From Schmidtea polychroa (taxonomy: Eukaryota): a DNA stretch of 64,000 nt. The stretch lies in the NCBI GenBank assembly GCA_044892525.1, contig CM097885.1, forward strand, positions 19,654,001 to 19,718,000, given 5' to 3'. Both the position numbers and the translations under genes were made by a program. Below are positions 62,650 through 64,000 of this stretch, piece by piece. Each line of letters starts with the position of its first letter. Within the stretch, counting starts at the first letter, position 1. The notes under the pieces were generated by a model, which had not been told where the DNA came from, searched no databases, and saw nothing but the letters and a program-made list of their open reading frames with translations.

Positions 62650-64000
62650 ACCAATTTACAACGATTGGCAAGAACTATTATAGGATTTGTCTTTTTACTC
62701 CTAAACGGTAAAAATTTCAAATTTGTTTCGGTTGTATCACATATAGCCCTTTAAATGGTCTCTGTAACTTTGGAGACATACCTTTGAGTGGTTAAGATAC
62801 ACTAAATCTCCAATTTTAATTACATGAGGTCGTGTTTTCTTATTGTAGGCTTCTTTGTACTTCTCTTGATTGTTAATCCGGCTTTTGTCCATACAGACTG
62901 CACTCTCTCTTGCATTATCGCGTTATACTCGGGCACTTCCATATATTGAGTAACGGGTGATTGGAAGTTTAGATCTATCGGCATGTTATTTCGTCTTAAG
63001 TACATTAAATAAAAAGGTGTCTCTTCCGTACTTGGATTGACCGTATTTCTATATGCAAACAAACAAGGCTTTATGTAGTCGTCCCAATCTCTCTGTTTGC
63101 TATTTACATACGACGAAATCATAAATCTCTCGACTAAACCATCGGTTTGTGGATGGTAGGGCGAAGTATTCAAATTCCAAAATCTGAATAACTCGGTGAT
63201 TGATTTAAATAATTCGCTTTGGAAATTTTTACCTTGATCAGTTAATAACTTTTTTGGGGTACCATATCGGAAAATAATGTTCTCTACAGATATTTTTGCT
63301 ATTGTATCGGCCTTTTGATTTGGTATGGCGTAAGCTTCCGGTCATCTTGTCAAATAATCACAAAATACTACAATGCATTTATTTCCTTTTATTGTTTCAG
63401 GTAACGGTCCAACAATGTCCATTGCAGTCATCTCCATTGGTGCGGTTGGAACAGACATTGGTTTTAAAGGTACTTTAATTTTATTGACAACGAATTTAAT
63501 GGCGAATATGCGAGAAATTCTTTATAAACTTTCTATAATAGCTTGCTAATCCCAGAAATTGCCACACCTCGTCCGCGTTCTTTGGAATTGGATACGCTTC
63601 TACCTTTTTAATATTGTCCGGATTAGTTTGCAGACCTCTTCTTGATATAAGACCAACATATATTACTTCAGATTTTCCCCATTCACATTTCGATGGTTTT
63701 ATTTTCAATTTTGCGCCTTTAAGTCTCTTAAATACTGTCTCCACATCATCGAGATGTTCGTCAAAGCTATTCGAAAAAATAATTATCAATATCATCTTTG
63801 GAATGTAGCTGGGGCTCCCGTCAAGCCAAACGGCAAGACATTGAACTCATATAAGCCTTTACCATAGGAAAATGCCTTTGTTTAGCCTTTGTTTAAATCG
63901 ATGACCGTAAAATATTGGGCCTCTCCCATTTGATCAAACATTTCTTCAACACAAAACAAAATTACATTCAACACAAAATCTCAAATCTCCGTCCTTTTTC
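62650..64000 (-). mobile_element. Ty3/Gypsy pol remnant (RT, integrase); RNase H deleted; continues past the window
   Basis: FTVIDL, YEFNVLPFGL, EHLDDVETVF.RL..AKL.IKPSKC, QFLGLASYYRKFI; integrase AMDIVGPLP, LTDQGKNF, TSPYHPQTDGLVERF, FAYRNTV, TPFYLM. Confidence 0.9.

Overview
AT-rich eukaryotic (metazoan-type) genomic DNA with five assembly gaps; the organism cannot be named from sequence alone. The only long intact ORFs are four intronless STRA6-like membrane receptor/transporter paralogues (2-982 + 5'-partial, 4589-6550 -, 18044-20023 +, 39823-41862 +). They lie among many decayed transposons: Merlin, pogo, several hAT/hATm elements and MITEs with verifiable TIRs/TSDs, DIRS-like retroelement remnants, Polinton/adintovirus fragments (pPolB, ZnF-PLA2, integrase) and a Gypsy element followed by an env-like ORF. 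A large inverted duplication (about 27212-35254 versus 50545-61093) carries a degenerate ankyrin-repeat + RING (Mind bomb-like) gene and a CSTF3 exon fragment, and is bounded by Polinton pieces. There is also an HSP90 fragment and a 4-exon HTH gene with 43-46 nt introns. All family assignments come from motif recognition by eye, not database searches.
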